A stretch of 64,000 nucleotides of DNA, taken from contig CM061256.1 of the NCBI GenBank assembly GCA_022605425.2, positions 310,001 to 374,000 on the forward strand, read 5' to 3'. Of the stretch, positions 1 to 13,285 are shown piece by piece. Position 1 is the stretch's first letter. Every line of letters begins with the position of its first letter. The notes under the pieces were generated by a model. The model was not told where the DNA came from, did not search any database, and saw only the letters and a program-made list of their open reading frames with translations. The position numbers were made by a program, and so were the translations under genes. Source of the DNA: Hamiltosporidium tvaerminnensis FI-OER-3-3 (Eukaryota; Fungi; Microsporidia).

Positions 1-1938
1 TATAATATAACAGATTCATCATTAAAATATATTGTAGTTGTTATCGGTTGTTAAAATATGTTAAATTGTTAACTTTCAAGGAAATAAAATATATTTTTAC
101 ATTTTTATAGGATATGAATATTAAAAGACGTAGAATTCGAGGAAATTAAGAGGTTCTATAATTTATTTCAAAAATTTTAAGTCTAAAAGAAAAAAAGCTT
201 CTTACATATATTTAAACTTTAAATTTATTTTGTTTTATTTCAATGGACTCGGGTTCTCGCTTCAAAAGAGAAATCATATTTAGGTTTATATTAGTATTGT
301 GATTTACAGGAACTCTAAGAGAAATTTTAATGTTTCAAGGAAAAATAGCTTTTGATTTTCTATATGCAACCAAAAAGCGTGACATAAAAATTCGAATTTT
401 TTTACGAATGTTTATTTAAATCATTTTTTAAAAAAAAAAATTAAATTGTTTTCAATGATCTTTGGCTTTCGAATCTGACTTAAGTGAATATTCAATATTG
501 ATTTAATTTTTATATAGAATAACCTGGGATTTGCACTAAAATAGTATATGAAATTTTTTGGATAAGCTTATTTCCGAAAAGTTATTTTTGCGTTATAGAA
601 ACGTAATAAAAATCAAATCGGGTATAAAAAAACGAATAGAAACTTTAGATTATTATAATAAAACTAGTTAGAATTTGATTTCTTAACAGGATTTATAAAA
701 TACATGATAAATTTTTGAATTCATAAACTTGTAATATTCTATTGGTATGCTTCCTATGTCTAGTTTTTTACACTGTAATAAAAATATTCAATTATAAATT
801 GATTTTTTTTCTGGTTTTCTATGTTAAACATTTGATTTCTTTCGTTATAATTATCATATATTTTTTATTGCTACTCTTTTTTCAACAAATTAGAACATGA
901 TCTACCAAGGAAAACGCTTTGCCATATATAAAGTATATAGTCGTTTTCCTAAAGATCAGGATGTCGCTCTAACACAAATCATTCTTATTCAAAGTATATG
1001 GGGTTACTAGTCAAGAATAGAACTGATATTTCAGTGGAAAATTCAATATCTTATCCCAAGAATGTTCTTTTTTTAAATTTAAGCATTTTTCCAGATAATT
1101 CACCAGGTTAAGTATAAAATTATATCAATCATTTATTTTCTGACCAACGTCATAAAAAATTACATTTTCATTCTTCGAGGACCAAATATTTCAACTCAAA
1201 TTTTATATACCGAAAAATTATATTTAAAAAGCAGCTATTTAAAAAAAATATAGAGCGAAAATCATAGTAAATTAGATTTCCAAAAAAACTCGATGGTTAT
1301 GGGTTACGTTTTTAAAAAAACTAGATGTTCCCGATTTTTAGCCGAAAAATATAATGAATTTTAATGTTTGTCAAACCTGCATCGATCAATTCACATAAAT
1401 CGGTTGATATATAAAAGATAATAGTATAAAAGCTTAAAGAAGAAAACATGAGATCTTTATCTACCCTACAAAATTTGGTATTTCCCTCTGAAAATTTTTT
1501 TTACTCATCTATTTTGTTATTTTTTTGTATAGGTTCTTATAATTTGTATTTTGGTTGTATTCTAGATCCCTATATTTTGCAAAAATAACGCGTTTTATAA
1601 GAGTTAACCATCTCTGTTATCGTTTTAGACCAAGAAATAAATATAGTGTTTCAAACTATCCCAAAACAAAGCAAAGTATATAATAAATAGGCTTTAAGTT
1701 GTATTATTGCTGCGTTATCATTTTGGTTATTATTTTATATTACTTAAAAATCAGATATTTCAGTAATATTGATTTCATCGGACTCTATAATAAATCTTTA
1801 AATGAGTTATATCAAAATCATATAACTAAAGCTAATTTAATGATTTTCGGAAAATAATGAATTTAAATAACATATTTAGTTGTATGAAATTTTATTTATT
1901 TGAATAAAATACAATATTTTTATTTTTAGACGCAAATA

Positions 1939-2667
1939 CTGGATAAAAGATAACCCATAAAAAACTTTCTGCTTGGCAATGAGTGTGTAAAACTGGTGTG
2001 AGGATCATTGTTTGGATTTTTGTTGGGAATAAAACTACACTACATCTTAGGTTGTTTCATAGGAGTTGTTATGAGGAAGAAAAGTCTAAGAAATGGAGAA
2101 ACTTTTTCTACAAATTTATTTGTAGTTTTTTACGTAACCAGATTGCAGACCACAGCTAAACTTGTAGGTAATTTCCATGTAAAAGCATGGAAACCTAGCC
2201 TTACTCACTCGGGTTAGAAGACTTAGCGCCTGGGAGATATAAAAATAAAAAACATTTAAAGCCGGGAGAGCTAAGTAGCAGGTAATACCTGTTGGTATGA
2301 TATTGCACTGTCTAGGTGGACCCCATGTAAATCTCTGAAATATAGCCTAGGTAGAAGTTTATTGGGTGCAGAAAGTGTAGAGTAAGTAGGAATGCTGCAT
2401 AGTCTCGGGGGGGGGGGCAGGGGAGGCTTCGACCTTCGATCACACTCCATGCAACGGACATTAACGAGCTCCGGGCAACTGCCTCGCCTATTAATTAGAT
2501 TCTTCACACCTGGTAGATGAAAGGCTGTGGAACGTAGGTATCGCAGGGGTTACCGATGGAGTGTTGAGGTAGCAGTCATTTATGTTAAAGCGAGCCTGCG
2601 TTAATAGCATGAAAACAAATATAACACTTGCCACTATTGTAAAAAGATGTGATACTTTTAAATAAAG
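1939..2667 (+). mobile_element. ~730-bp dispersed structured non-coding element (SINE-like), copy 1
   Basis: Colinear with the reverse complement of 16218-16949 and 40206-40928 (shared blocks such as CTAGCCTTRCTCACTCGGG, GGGCAACTGCCTCGCCTATTAATT, AGATGTGATACTTTTAAATAAAG); GC-richer than flanks; boundaries approximate. Confidence 0.8.
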
Positions 2668-2954
2668 TAGCAATTTATATTTTCAGACGCGAAAAATGTC
2701 CAGGATTAATGATTAACATTATATTTTACCACCCGAATAAAAATATTAAAATTTAATCTATTGATTTATTTAGCATGAGTAATTATGAGTTGTAAAGTTG
2801 ATCAGCCAATCTAATTATATTAAAATCTAAATTGTAGTATTTTATCAAAAAAAGAACGAATAGAATTTACAAAAACTTTATTGCTCAAATTATTTTAAAA
2901 TCCAAGATAAACCATTACTTTTTATAAATAAAAGATTAAAATATCTATTGAGTA

Positions 2955-3677
2955 ATGAAATTTTGGAGGAATAAGTTCTTTAAAATTTGTTCGATTATTG
3001 TGCTGATAGTATTTATATTCGTAGCCATTATTTGTATTACAGGATACAGAAAAGCCAATGCGCTTGTAGAAAATTTCCAAACCGATGTTAATGATTCTTC
3101 TGAAACGGATTTATTCAAAAAACTTTTGGGTGTTCTTAAAAATTATAAAATATGTGTTTTTATAAAGACTGTCTATGGTCCAAATACAGCCTTCTACATT
3201 CCTGTTTTTAGAAACCATAATGAAGTCAAAAAATATTTGTTTAAAGCAATTACCAACAAAGATGAAAAACAATTTAAAAGTGTAAAAAGCAGTGCGGATA
3301 TATATTTGTGTGGTAGTGTTGATCTAGAAAATTTTTCTGTACCTGAAGATATCGATTCTATTACCAAGATCGGTTTGTGGTTCAAAAATAAACAAGTTCA
3401 AAAGACAATCGAGGAAATAAGAGATCATATTAGAAATGTTTTAAATGAAACAAAAGAAAATCAGTTAAACATTGTTTATTTAAATATTGCAAACGATGAA
3501 ACCGTAGAAGTTTACAATGTATCTGCATCTTATAAAACAGACCAAATTTACTTTCTTTCATTCAAATCCTTTGAATTTTCTCTAGAAACCAAAAGTACAG
3601 AAGAATTGCTTGATTATATGACTTTTTTTATTTTGAAAGTAACCGGTGGTAGATTTAAAGATACAAATGAAAAATGA
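2955..3677 (+). CDS. Hypothetical protein with N-terminal signal/TM anchor; paralogue of 18141-18853
   Basis: 240-aa ORF; hydrophobic stretch aa ~10-29 followed by GYRKA; shares KIGxWFK, (V/I)YNVS, SxKSFEF, TxGxF with the 18-kb copy. Confidence 0.75.
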   Translation: MKFWRNKFFKICSIIVLIVFIFVAIICITGYRKANALVENFQTDVNDSSETDLFKKLLGVLKNYKICVFIKTVYGPNTAFYIPVFRNHNEVKKYLFKAITNKDEKQFKSVKSSADIYLCGSVDLENFSVPEDIDSITKIGLWFKNKQVQKTIEEIRDHIRNVLNETKENQLNIVYLNIANDETVEVYNVSASYKTDQIYFLSFKSFEFSLETKSTEELLDYMTFFILKVTGGRFKDTNEK

Positions 3678-4039
3678 AAAAAAGTTGTTAAGTTAAATAA
3701 AAGATTCAGAAAGTATTTTTTTTGCAATTTTTCGTATTTTAATTTAATTCACTTTTTTAATTTATTTTCACGTAATATTTTTTTAGAGTTTGTTTTTAAA
3801 AAAATCGTAGATTATTTATATATGTTGTCTTATCTTTTCGTAAAAGTTATCCATATAGAAATGTTTGTTCATATTAGAAAATATCGAAAAAAATAAATTA
3901 AAAAATAATAAAACATAAATGGAAACTCACAAAAACGCGACAAAAAATATAAAAAACGATTCTACGCTTCATAGATTATTTATTCAGTTTTCGCATATTA
4001 ATTTTGATGGTCTAGGCTCTTATTCCTTACTGACTCTAC

Positions 4040-5500
4040 AATTATCTGAGAACTTTATACGAATATCCCAGATTCCTTCTTCGTACAATCTAACATTTCG
4101 TTTCTTAATTTCAATAAATTTTTATTAAATATTCTTTGAATAATTGTCTTGGTTAATGAATTATATGCGAAACTATAGTGATAACATGCGAATTAAGGAT
4201 CCTCTGATATATTTAAAGTGTGCTGATGCGTCTTTACTCTTCTCTAATGTCAAAAAAGAATAGTATGAAGCACCAGACTAGTATCGAATATTATAGATTT
4301 ATTTTCTATTGGATCTGAGATTGTAATTAATAGCTTATTATTATTGTAACATTGCGGATTTATAGTACTTTAATCTAAATTGATCGCAGAAATCAATTTA
4401 TTTATACTCGTTTTCGCTTTAAATTCTTACTCTATGTCATGTTTATGAACCTCTTTGTGATTGGATATATCTAAATACAATTTTCAATAACTTTGACCGG
4501 CTTTTTTTCTAAGCTATAAAACGGATTTGCAATTTTCCAGATACCTGTATATTAAATTTTAAAAATTAGGCTTGGTTTTTAGGATTTTTTGTCTTTCTAT
4601 AATGAAACCAACATTATTCTAAAATATCAATGCTTTAAACAAGAGAAAATTTACTTATATAACGTAATGTATTGTAAACCCTTGGTGTATCTACATACTA
4701 CTAACTTAATTTTAGGTAATTGATAGTTTTTTAGTCGTTCTAGTTTCAAAGTAAAAAGAAAATTATGAATAAAGATCCAAAGCGCTTATAAACCACCCAT
4801 AGTCGTTATTTTAATTAGCATAATTAAAATCAACACTATTCATTTGCTTATCAGCAAATTATATTGTGAGATGATAAATATAATAGAAAAGATAATGTTT
4901 AAACCTGAGCTACTCTTGTATCGATGAGGTTTGAGAGATCTTGTGTTTTGTTTCCATTCTAATACTGTTATGGCGATTTTTGAGGTTTTGAATGAATATC
5001 CTAAATCTTTTTGGGATATAGTAGAAGAAAGTTTTTAAATATATTCAAGTTTTTTGTATGAAGTTCGTTGAAAACCACTTTGTATGCTTTCAACTTGATT
5101 ATATAATTAAGTTATCATGTCTAGACTTTTTTTCAAAAAAGCATCATTTCCTGCCTGATGGTTTAGATACGAAGTATTTCATCGGTTTGGTAATGTTTTA
5201 GCGTATAGATTTATGCCATGGCATTAAATTTCCGCCCTAACTCTCTGTCAAAACTCGATTCTAAAAAATAAAGAATTTCTAGTACAGAGTACTACAAAAA
5301 TAAAAATGCTTCAGGAGTTTAGATATTAAAAAGAAAAATATTTTTTTAAAGCATATCGTAACTGATCTGATGATCGGATAAAACACCTTTTAAAACTATT
5401 AATGGTATTTTATATGGTTTCTACATTTTCCGAAATGAAATTGTTTATATCCCTAAAAAATAAACATCTCCTTTTCTCTTATTGCTTGTGTGTGTTTATT
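4040..5500 (-). pseudogene. Decayed Penelope-like retroelement remnant (RT plus GIY-YIG endonuclease)
   Basis: Manual minus-strand translation: FTLKLERLKNYQLP..LVVCR...YITLYK (~4760-4655) resembles the Penelope RT FTxExE...LPFLD...VYRK block; GASYY...TLERRVKTHQ (~4275-4222) and RNVRLYEEGI (~4100-4070) resemble GIY-YIG; many stops and frameshifts. Confidence 0.5.
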
Positions 5501-8500
5501 TGGCAGACTCTTTATGTAAATGATACCTACCACATCCGGTCAAATGATTGCAGAAAATTTTTTATTTAAAAGCCAATTTGGTCAGTAATCACAATGTACA
5601 TTTATAATCGAGAATTGTACTTTTAGTTACAATTCGCATAAAGTTTGTGCTATTAGTTAAAGGAAAATAACTAAAGGTTTGAATTCCAGAAAGCTCTCAA
5701 ATATTAAATCCGAAATACAATTCGGCGTAATAAAACGCAACATAAATTATAAGTATCTTTATTTAGCTTTTTTGTTATTTCTGAGGTTAATTTTTGTTCC
5801 ATCGCCGAAGAATGTCGAAGTATCAAAACGGGTATAAAAAAACAAAAATAATTAAAGAATAGCATTCGAAATTCACGAAGATTAATAGTGATAATAAATG
5901 TAAAGCATTTGGTAATAACAATGGAATTTTTAAGATCATTTGAATCTATGTATACAGACTTGAAGCTGAAAATTTTTTAAATTTACTGTAAATGGTAAAG
6001 AATCAGATAAAGGAGAAGACGGGACAGGGAAATAAATCAGATTTTGTGATTTCTAATTCATATTGAACTAAAATAAGTGGTTTGCATTATTAAGATCATC
6101 ATTTAAAAACATTTTTAGCGAAGAATTAAGGCAAAACGTGGAACCATAGTAATTAAGATCATCATTGCATTTAAATTATTAATTGATAACAATGTTCTGA
6201 AATATATATTTTTGTATACTATAAGAAGAAATAGAGTCTGTATGAACCAGCACGATCTTATTTTAAACTGAAAAAGAGATATTAAGGGTAGGTTTTTACG
6301 CAAGAGTGAATTCAAAGCAAAAAAAATTAAACGTTTTTTTTGTTGAATGAAAAACATGAGCTTAAATATTTCGCAATAGCTATAAATATAAATAGATTTA
6401 CTATGGTTTGAAATTTTATTGGCTTTGATAAAATAGATAAAAGACGCCATATTTTATAGTTTAACAATTTAACAATAGATTCAGACTTGAATACAAAATT
6501 TAAAAACGGTCAAACCTGTACACTTTAGATACTAATATTAATGTAAATAAACAGCTATTTCCAGATATCTTAAAAAATCGATCCTTTTAATAAATACTTA
6601 AAGAGCTTCATAGTCATAGCCTAAAAATTTAATTAAAGTCGGAAGTCAGAAGCAAATACATTTCAAATACCTTTTAAAATCTAGAAAAAGACAAAAATTA
6701 CCTCGCAGGGATACCACTTCTTAGGTATTCTATACCTAATCCATAGAACCGTGTACTTGTTTCGGCAGAACTAGAACAAAAGATAGCTTCTCCACGAATA
6801 AATTTGAGGCTATACAGGTAAAACATAAAAACTGCATTAGCTCGAACTACACGATTAAATATTACCAAATTAACGTTAATTTTAAAGCGAATGTAGATTT
6901 TTGATAAGGTTTTCTCCAAAAATTTACAAACGGTCAAATGATTTCTTATAATTTTAAAGCTAAGTCTAAAGAAAATAACTTTGTCTTTATTCAAAAATTA
7001 TGCCAGTGGCTGCTCATAAAAATCAAAAAGATTGGCTTAGGCTATTTATTACACCATAAAACTGAATTTTATGTAGAAATGACAGATCAAACGAAAGAGG
7101 GATTATAATATACTCTAAGTTTTGCAAATCTACATACGAAGAATTTTTCAAAATTATTAATTTTACTTGTATAAAGATCTTTGTTTTGAACATGCAAAAA
7201 AGTAGGACTAAATAATACGAGACACATTTTTTAACACCAGCTAGCAGTAGAAGTTCCTGCTGATCGTAGGGATCTGCGAACAAATACAAGCAAAAAAAAT
7301 ATATACTCGCCAAAGTTTATTATCACTGTAACGTTAGTAGTCAAACAATACATGGTAACGAATATAGATATTAAAATGTTCTAAATTAGAAAGAATGCAT
7401 AAAATCTTTAAAGATGGCAGCTTTCATATTTGAAAATATTATTGAGAAACAACTAAAAATGAAACTTTATTGTATATTTTGGGTTTTATAGAAATAAGAA
7501 ATCTGTATTTTGTTAAATTATAATAAATTTGATTTTTTTCGCTTCCAAATGATAAATTAATATATTCGATCATGAGATATATAGAAAGATTTTTGATTGA
7601 ATATGGTATATATATGATTATATAGGTGTTGAAGTGTCTAATATTGAATATCAAATTTAATGAACCGGCGACGGCGCAGCCAAAATAGTTATGACCTTGT
7701 TTTATTATTCAATCGAAATATCAAAATTTATAAGTACTTTTAAATTTTCTATGTCGTTTTTTAAATTATATCTTATAAAAAAAAGAAATAGATTGGTGTT
7801 GATAATAAAAAAATATATTTTATGATCTTAGTAAAGATTAGGGATCTAAATATATCAATAACTTTAATCCGAAAAATAACATTTAAATTTATTAAAGTTA
7901 TTTTGAAAAACGAAATTCTAACTTGAAAAAGGTTTTTAATTACAAAATTAAGGAATTTAACAAAAGAATATAGGTTTTTGTTTTCAAAATCAGACTATAT
8001 CTGAGTTTATGGACTGTAATTTATCAGAATTCTCAAAAATTTCGAGCAAACAGATCGACACATAAGTTAATCGAAGTAAATGTTATTGATGTTTCCTATG
8101 AAAGAAAGCATACTAAAATACTTTTTTTGATACGAAAAAATCATATTTAAATCAAATAAGTAAATATTTAACCGTTTCAACGAATCAATTATTTATTATA
8201 GTTATCATACACAAGCAAAATTAAATTTTCTAAAAACATTGCATTGGCTTTTGCATTTTAGCTCTATAATTTTTTAATTCCTGTTCCGATGTAGCATAAT
8301 AATATGCGGGGATTTACTTAAAAATTTCCCTTTTGTCTTGTTTCATAATTTTATTGGAAAGATACATTTTTTGTATTTAAAGGTGATTTTTGGTCTTTTC
8401 TGTAACATCCTCGCCTTTATTTAAACTGTGAACGTTTTTTTTTGTATTATATATTTCTAAAACAATATAATTTTATGTTAAAAATATGAGATAACCTATT

Positions 8501-9229
8501 ATATAATAGCTAATATATCATTTTTATAAAAAAAATGCGTCAAATTTCTTTAAAATGTGATATAACATGTGTTTTGAAGATCTTCTTACATATTCTAGTT
8601 AACTTCGATCATATTCGTTCAAAACAATATGATTGATAACTACAAAAGTTCTTACAAGCTATTCTATAATTGATCTTGTAATATCTTTTAAGAAGATTCT
8701 ATATCTTTTAAAAAAATTCAGCCGAAGGGATAATAAGCGATTACATATTGAATCACAAGTTCTTTTATTAGTAAATTAATAAAAAATCTGTTGTATAATA
8801 GATTTTAAATAGCATTTTTTTCTATTAGAATTTTTTATTTTGAAAAGCTCTCTAGCTTAAGTAAATATATTTTTTAGAAATTTAGAAACCAAAACAAAAT
8901 TTTAACTTGTTAATAGATAAATTAAAAAAAATTAGATAAATTATTTTCATCTTAAATTGAGCTTATTTGGAGTAAAGATATATTGGGTCTAAATTCGAAT
9001 AATTTTTATAATTGGTAGGTATCGTTATAGCAAAAATTTTTATATTATAATACTAAAAATTTATTGATTACGTCTCTCTATATTTATTTTCTGTAATAAT
9101 TTTCAGATACCATTTAGAAAAAATCATTTATTTTTCATTGTACTAGTTTAATGTCTTTTATGACTTATCAAAGTTATGGAATGTAAATACCACTAAACAC
9201 TACCTATATGTAAATTATTAAGTAATATA

Positions 9230-9880
9230 TTGTGAATATCATTTGTTTAAATATTTAGTGAGATGAATATAAAACTGCATTTCGGTTGTTTATGAGAATT
9301 CGTATAGAAAGGATAAGTTATTAAGAACGAAGAACCTTTTTTTGCAAAGGAAGTTGATGTTTTTGTAACTAGATTTGAAATCACTTTTAAAATTGTAAGT
9401 AAATGCAATGCAAAAGCATATTAAACTAGCCTTGCTCTCCTAGGTTAAAAGACGTAGGCGCTGGGAAATACAAAAAGTATATTTTAAATAGCTGGGGGAG
9501 CTTAGTAGCAAGTTATATCAGACGATACAATTGCAAATCCATGTATATATCCTATAAGTCGCCGGGATATATCATATATAGACGTAATTTCGATTCGAAA
9601 ACTGCTAAGTAAGTGAGAATCGTGCTAACTATACTGCCTAAGGTGGGTTTCGGTCTGCGATCAGGCCTAAATCAACTGAAATCAACAAACATTGGGATTA
9701 AAGACCGATTTAATGCGTTATAAATGCTTTTTAAATAAAAATATGAAGGTATTAGGTATAGTTGCCTACCGATAAGGTTTCGGGGAGCAATCATCTATGT
9801 TAAACCTAGAAAGGCGTTAATATCATTAAAAAATAGAATATCACGTGTTTATGAAGAGATGTAATATTTTTTTAAATAGA
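9230..9880 (+). mobile_element. Dispersed structured element, copy 2 (old, diverged)
   Basis: Colinear blocks CTAGCCTTGCTC, GCTTAGTAGCA, GGTGGGTTTCGGTC, ATGTTAAACCTAGAA..GCGTTAAT, AGATGTAATATTTTTTTAAATA; boundaries approximate. Confidence 0.65.
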
Positions 9881-11605
9881 TTTATATGAATAAACTATTG
9901 ATTTACAGAATTTTCCTGTGTAATTATGTTTTTTTGATATCTTTCTATATTTTATGAATAAGGCAAATATAATTTATATAAAGAATTTTAAATCACTCAA
10001 AACTATTTCCTAAATCAAATATTTTTCAAAATTAATACAAATATAATGAACGCTTAAAAAATTACTCTTCTATGTTGCGAGAAAGTCAATAAAAAAACCA
10101 CCTAATCTCTAATATTATATTTTTAAATTCTAATTATTGGTCCACAACTCATATAAAGATTCAAATTTTTAATTTTACTATTAATTATTTAATAAAGAAA
10201 TGTGCAGAATTATATGATTTAAAGTTAAAGTATTATATTCTTTTTGTAAATTTTAACAAATTATCTCCAATTTTAGCAAATATATTTCCAAGGGTATCTA
10301 AAATTTTATGAAACATTAAATAAAGTATTAATCTTTAAATTTCACCTATCATATTTACAAGAAAAAGGTTTTTAATTCAAATCTTTCCTCCTTTACTCAG
10401 CAATTATATTCCTAAAACATAATTTCCTTATAGTAATGCTATTATAATACTATGTCACCACTTAAAATGATATAATTTACTAAAATCAAAAAGTATAAAA
10501 TATGTGAGCCTTCCAATATAGAAATCCGTTCTTAAAATTTTTAAAAACTGAAGGTTTTTTAATTAGCATAACAAATTGTAAGGATTCGTATGCTTTTCAT
10601 TAAACATACATCCTTTATTTATAGAAACTCATCGTACAAAAAATATAAATTAAATCAGAAAAATATTATCAGTATTATATAAATTGATTAATTAACCGTT
10701 AATTTAAATTCCCGCAATTAAAAATTAAATATCCAAAATTACATTATTCTTGTTCGTATAAATCAAGTAAAGGCTTCAATATCACTAAAATTTTATTTCA
10801 TTTTAAAAAGTAAATGCATATTCCCTGATAAAATATTTATAAAGAAATCATTTTAAATTATTTCATTCTTATTGAAAAATACATTAATTTGCTATTATTT
10901 TAGCAGAAAATTTAAATGCAAACATTTTACATTTTACATTTATTTCGGTAGTTATCTTTAAAGTATATGCCTTCCAATTTTGATATTTGGTTTAAAAAAT
11001 CATTCTTCTAAATTTACATTCCAAATTAATCAAGATTTTAAATTTTTTTGTAATATACATTTGTAAAAGAGTTTTAAAAGTATAAAGTTTTTCATTCCTA
11101 TGATATAACAATATAGTATAAACCATCACCAATAAAATTATATGATCAATAAAAATTTACAAAGAAAAATATATTTTTTATCATTCAAGTCTAAAAACTT
11201 ATTTTTCTATATTATAATCATATTTTTTTATTGACCCACCATTTTTAACCAATGTATTGATCAAAAACAATTCATTGTAATATATTTGTAATAAATTTAC
11301 TTAAAATTAGTTTAAGTAAATATTACTTCTATTAAATATTGATATAATATTTTTATATTTTAAGAAAACATATCTAATAGATTATTTTCTATGAGTAAAG
11401 AATATCTCTATCATTTTTATAATTTCTAGATTTTCAGTTTTGCTTTAAAAAAACATTTCTTTTTAATATTTGTCTTTTAAACGATTTATATTTCAAACTC
11501 ATAGATTTGTTTTAAAAAAACATTTTCTATTTATTAAAAATATCTTTCGAGGCAGAAACGATTATTTTTCTTTTATATTTTCTTAATCTTGATTATTTTA
11601 TATTA

Positions 11606-11668
11606 TTTTATTTGATAAAATTCTGGGTTAAAATATTTTTACCATTTTTATATATTTTCTTCTACACA
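11606..11668 (-). mobile_element. 5'-truncated ~60-bp copy of the 3' end of the RLE non-LTR element
   Basis: ATAAAATTCTGGGTTAAAATATTTTTACCATTTTTA..TTTTCTTCTAC matches ~21954-22014; flanked by TTTATATTA at 11597-11605 and 11669-11677 (low-complexity possible TSD). Confidence 0.75.
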
Positions 11669-12115
11669 TTTATATTAAATCAATAGAAATTTATATCAAA
11701 ACAATTTTAAAATTCATTAATCCTCTCAGATTTTTTAAAGATTTTTTTATAAAATTTATTTTCTTGATAATCAGTTGGATTATAATTAAATTAATAAAAA
11801 TTATTCTTCGATAGAATAAGCGTGATCAGCAGATTAATAATTTACCCGTTAATACACTTACACCATTATATTACAAGTAAATCAATTATACTAAATAATA
11901 GAATAATTGAAATATTGAATAATTAAAATATTAAATAATTAAATTATACGAATATAAAATATTCTTTTCTAGCAATAATCCAGTCATATTACTTAAATAC
12001 TCAGCTAATTTCTCTTATCGTTTTTATTTCTTTATCAATTTATTATTAATAATCTAAAATATAAAAAAAATCTTTTAAAAAATAATTTAAGTACAAATAT
12101 TTACAACCCTTTTAT

Positions 12116-12598
12116 ATGTTTTTTGTTTCTAATTTAAAACATATTATTCATCTGGAGCCAGAAAAGCTTGGTCCTGAATGCATGGATATTCTAAGAAAGA
12201 CACTAACGTCATCTGTAGAAGGTACATGTAGTGGAGAATACGGTTATATAATTTCTGTTCTTTCTATTGATAAAATAGGTTCTGGTCGTATAACCAACAA
12301 TGGATATGCAGTATTTAGTGTTCATTACCAAGCTTTAGTTCTAAAACCATTAAAAGGTGAAATAATAGACGCCAGTATCGTTGAAACCAACGATATGGGC
12401 ATATTTGCAGGTGTAGGACCGCTTACAATTTTTATTTCTAATTATCAAATTCCCAAGATGCTTCTTAAAGGATCTGAGGGGGGTGGATTGGAAAAGAACA
12501 GTAATATTCGATTAAAAATTATTGGAACAAAAGTAGAAGCAACACGTATTTATGCCATTGGAACCATTAATGAGTATTATTTGGGGTTGATTTGTTGA
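12116..12598 (+). CDS. RPB7: DNA-directed RNA polymerase II subunit RPB7
   Basis: VEGTCSGEYGYII, KPLKGEIIDA, VGPL, IRLKIIG, AIGTINEYYLG; 160 aa; CCC motif just upstream of ATG. Confidence 0.95.
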   Translation: MFFVSNLKHIIHLEPEKLGPECMDILRKTLTSSVEGTCSGEYGYIISVLSIDKIGSGRITNNGYAVFSVHYQALVLKPLKGEIIDASIVETNDMGIFAGVGPLTIFISNYQIPKMLLKGSEGGGLEKNSNIRLKIIGTKVEATRIYAIGTINEYYLGLIC

Positions 12599-12700
12599 TT
12601 TCGTAAAATATTTAATTTTCTTTTTTTCCTTTTCTATATTTTTATCCTTTTAAATCTACTTTTTTTTCGAGGTAAAAAAATAAAAATGTTTAAAAATTTA

Positions 12701-13162
12701 AATTCTAATTTCTTTGAAAATAATTAAAAATTTATAAATAGTGTTGGTTGCATTCTTCAATGATGAATTCTAATTTCTTTGAAAATAATTAAAAATTTAT
12801 AAATAGTGTTGGTTACATTCTTCAATGATGAATTCTAATTTCTTTGAAAATAATTAAAAATTTATAAATAGTGTTGGTTGCATTCTTCAATGATGAATTC
12901 TAATTTCTTTGAAAATAATTAAAAATTTATAAATAGTGTTGGTTGCATTCTTCAATGATGAATTCTAATTTCTTTGAAAATAATTAAAAATTTATAAATA
13001 GTGTTGGTTGCATTCTTCATTGATGAATTCTAATTTCTTTGAAAATAATTACAAGTTTATAAATAGTTTTGGTTGTATTCTTCAATGATGAATTCTAATT
13101 TCTTTGAAAATAATTACAAGTTTATAAATAGTTTTGGTTGTATTCTTCATTGATAAATTCTA
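12701..13162. repeat. Tandem minisatellite, 65-bp unit x7
   Basis: Unit starting AATTCTAATTTCTTTGAAAA recurs at 12701, 12766, 12831, 12896, 12961, 13026, 13091; last two units share private variants. Confidence 0.95.
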
Positions 13163-13285
13163 CTGTTTTTTAAAGAATATTTTTATTTTTTTAATTTTAC
13201 TTTTATGCTGTTAAAAAAAAATATTTATTTTTCTATTTTTTATTAAAATTCTTCATAATCCTTCTAATACATTTGAATCTTAAAA

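Noticed and set aside
2400-2500. HDV-like ribozyme or group I intron core in the element
   Set aside because: GGGCAAC and CCTCGC occur in the wrong order for HDV; ATAGTC has no convincing GACTA partner
2008-2673. Short ORFs within the dispersed element as real proteins
   Set aside because: Frames are not conserved across copies; starts are non-ATG or inconsistent
12701-13162. CRISPR array or hammerhead satellite
   Set aside because: Units are identical end to end with no unique spacers; TGATGA..GAAA lacks the preceding C and a pairing stem II; eukaryotic context with no cas genes
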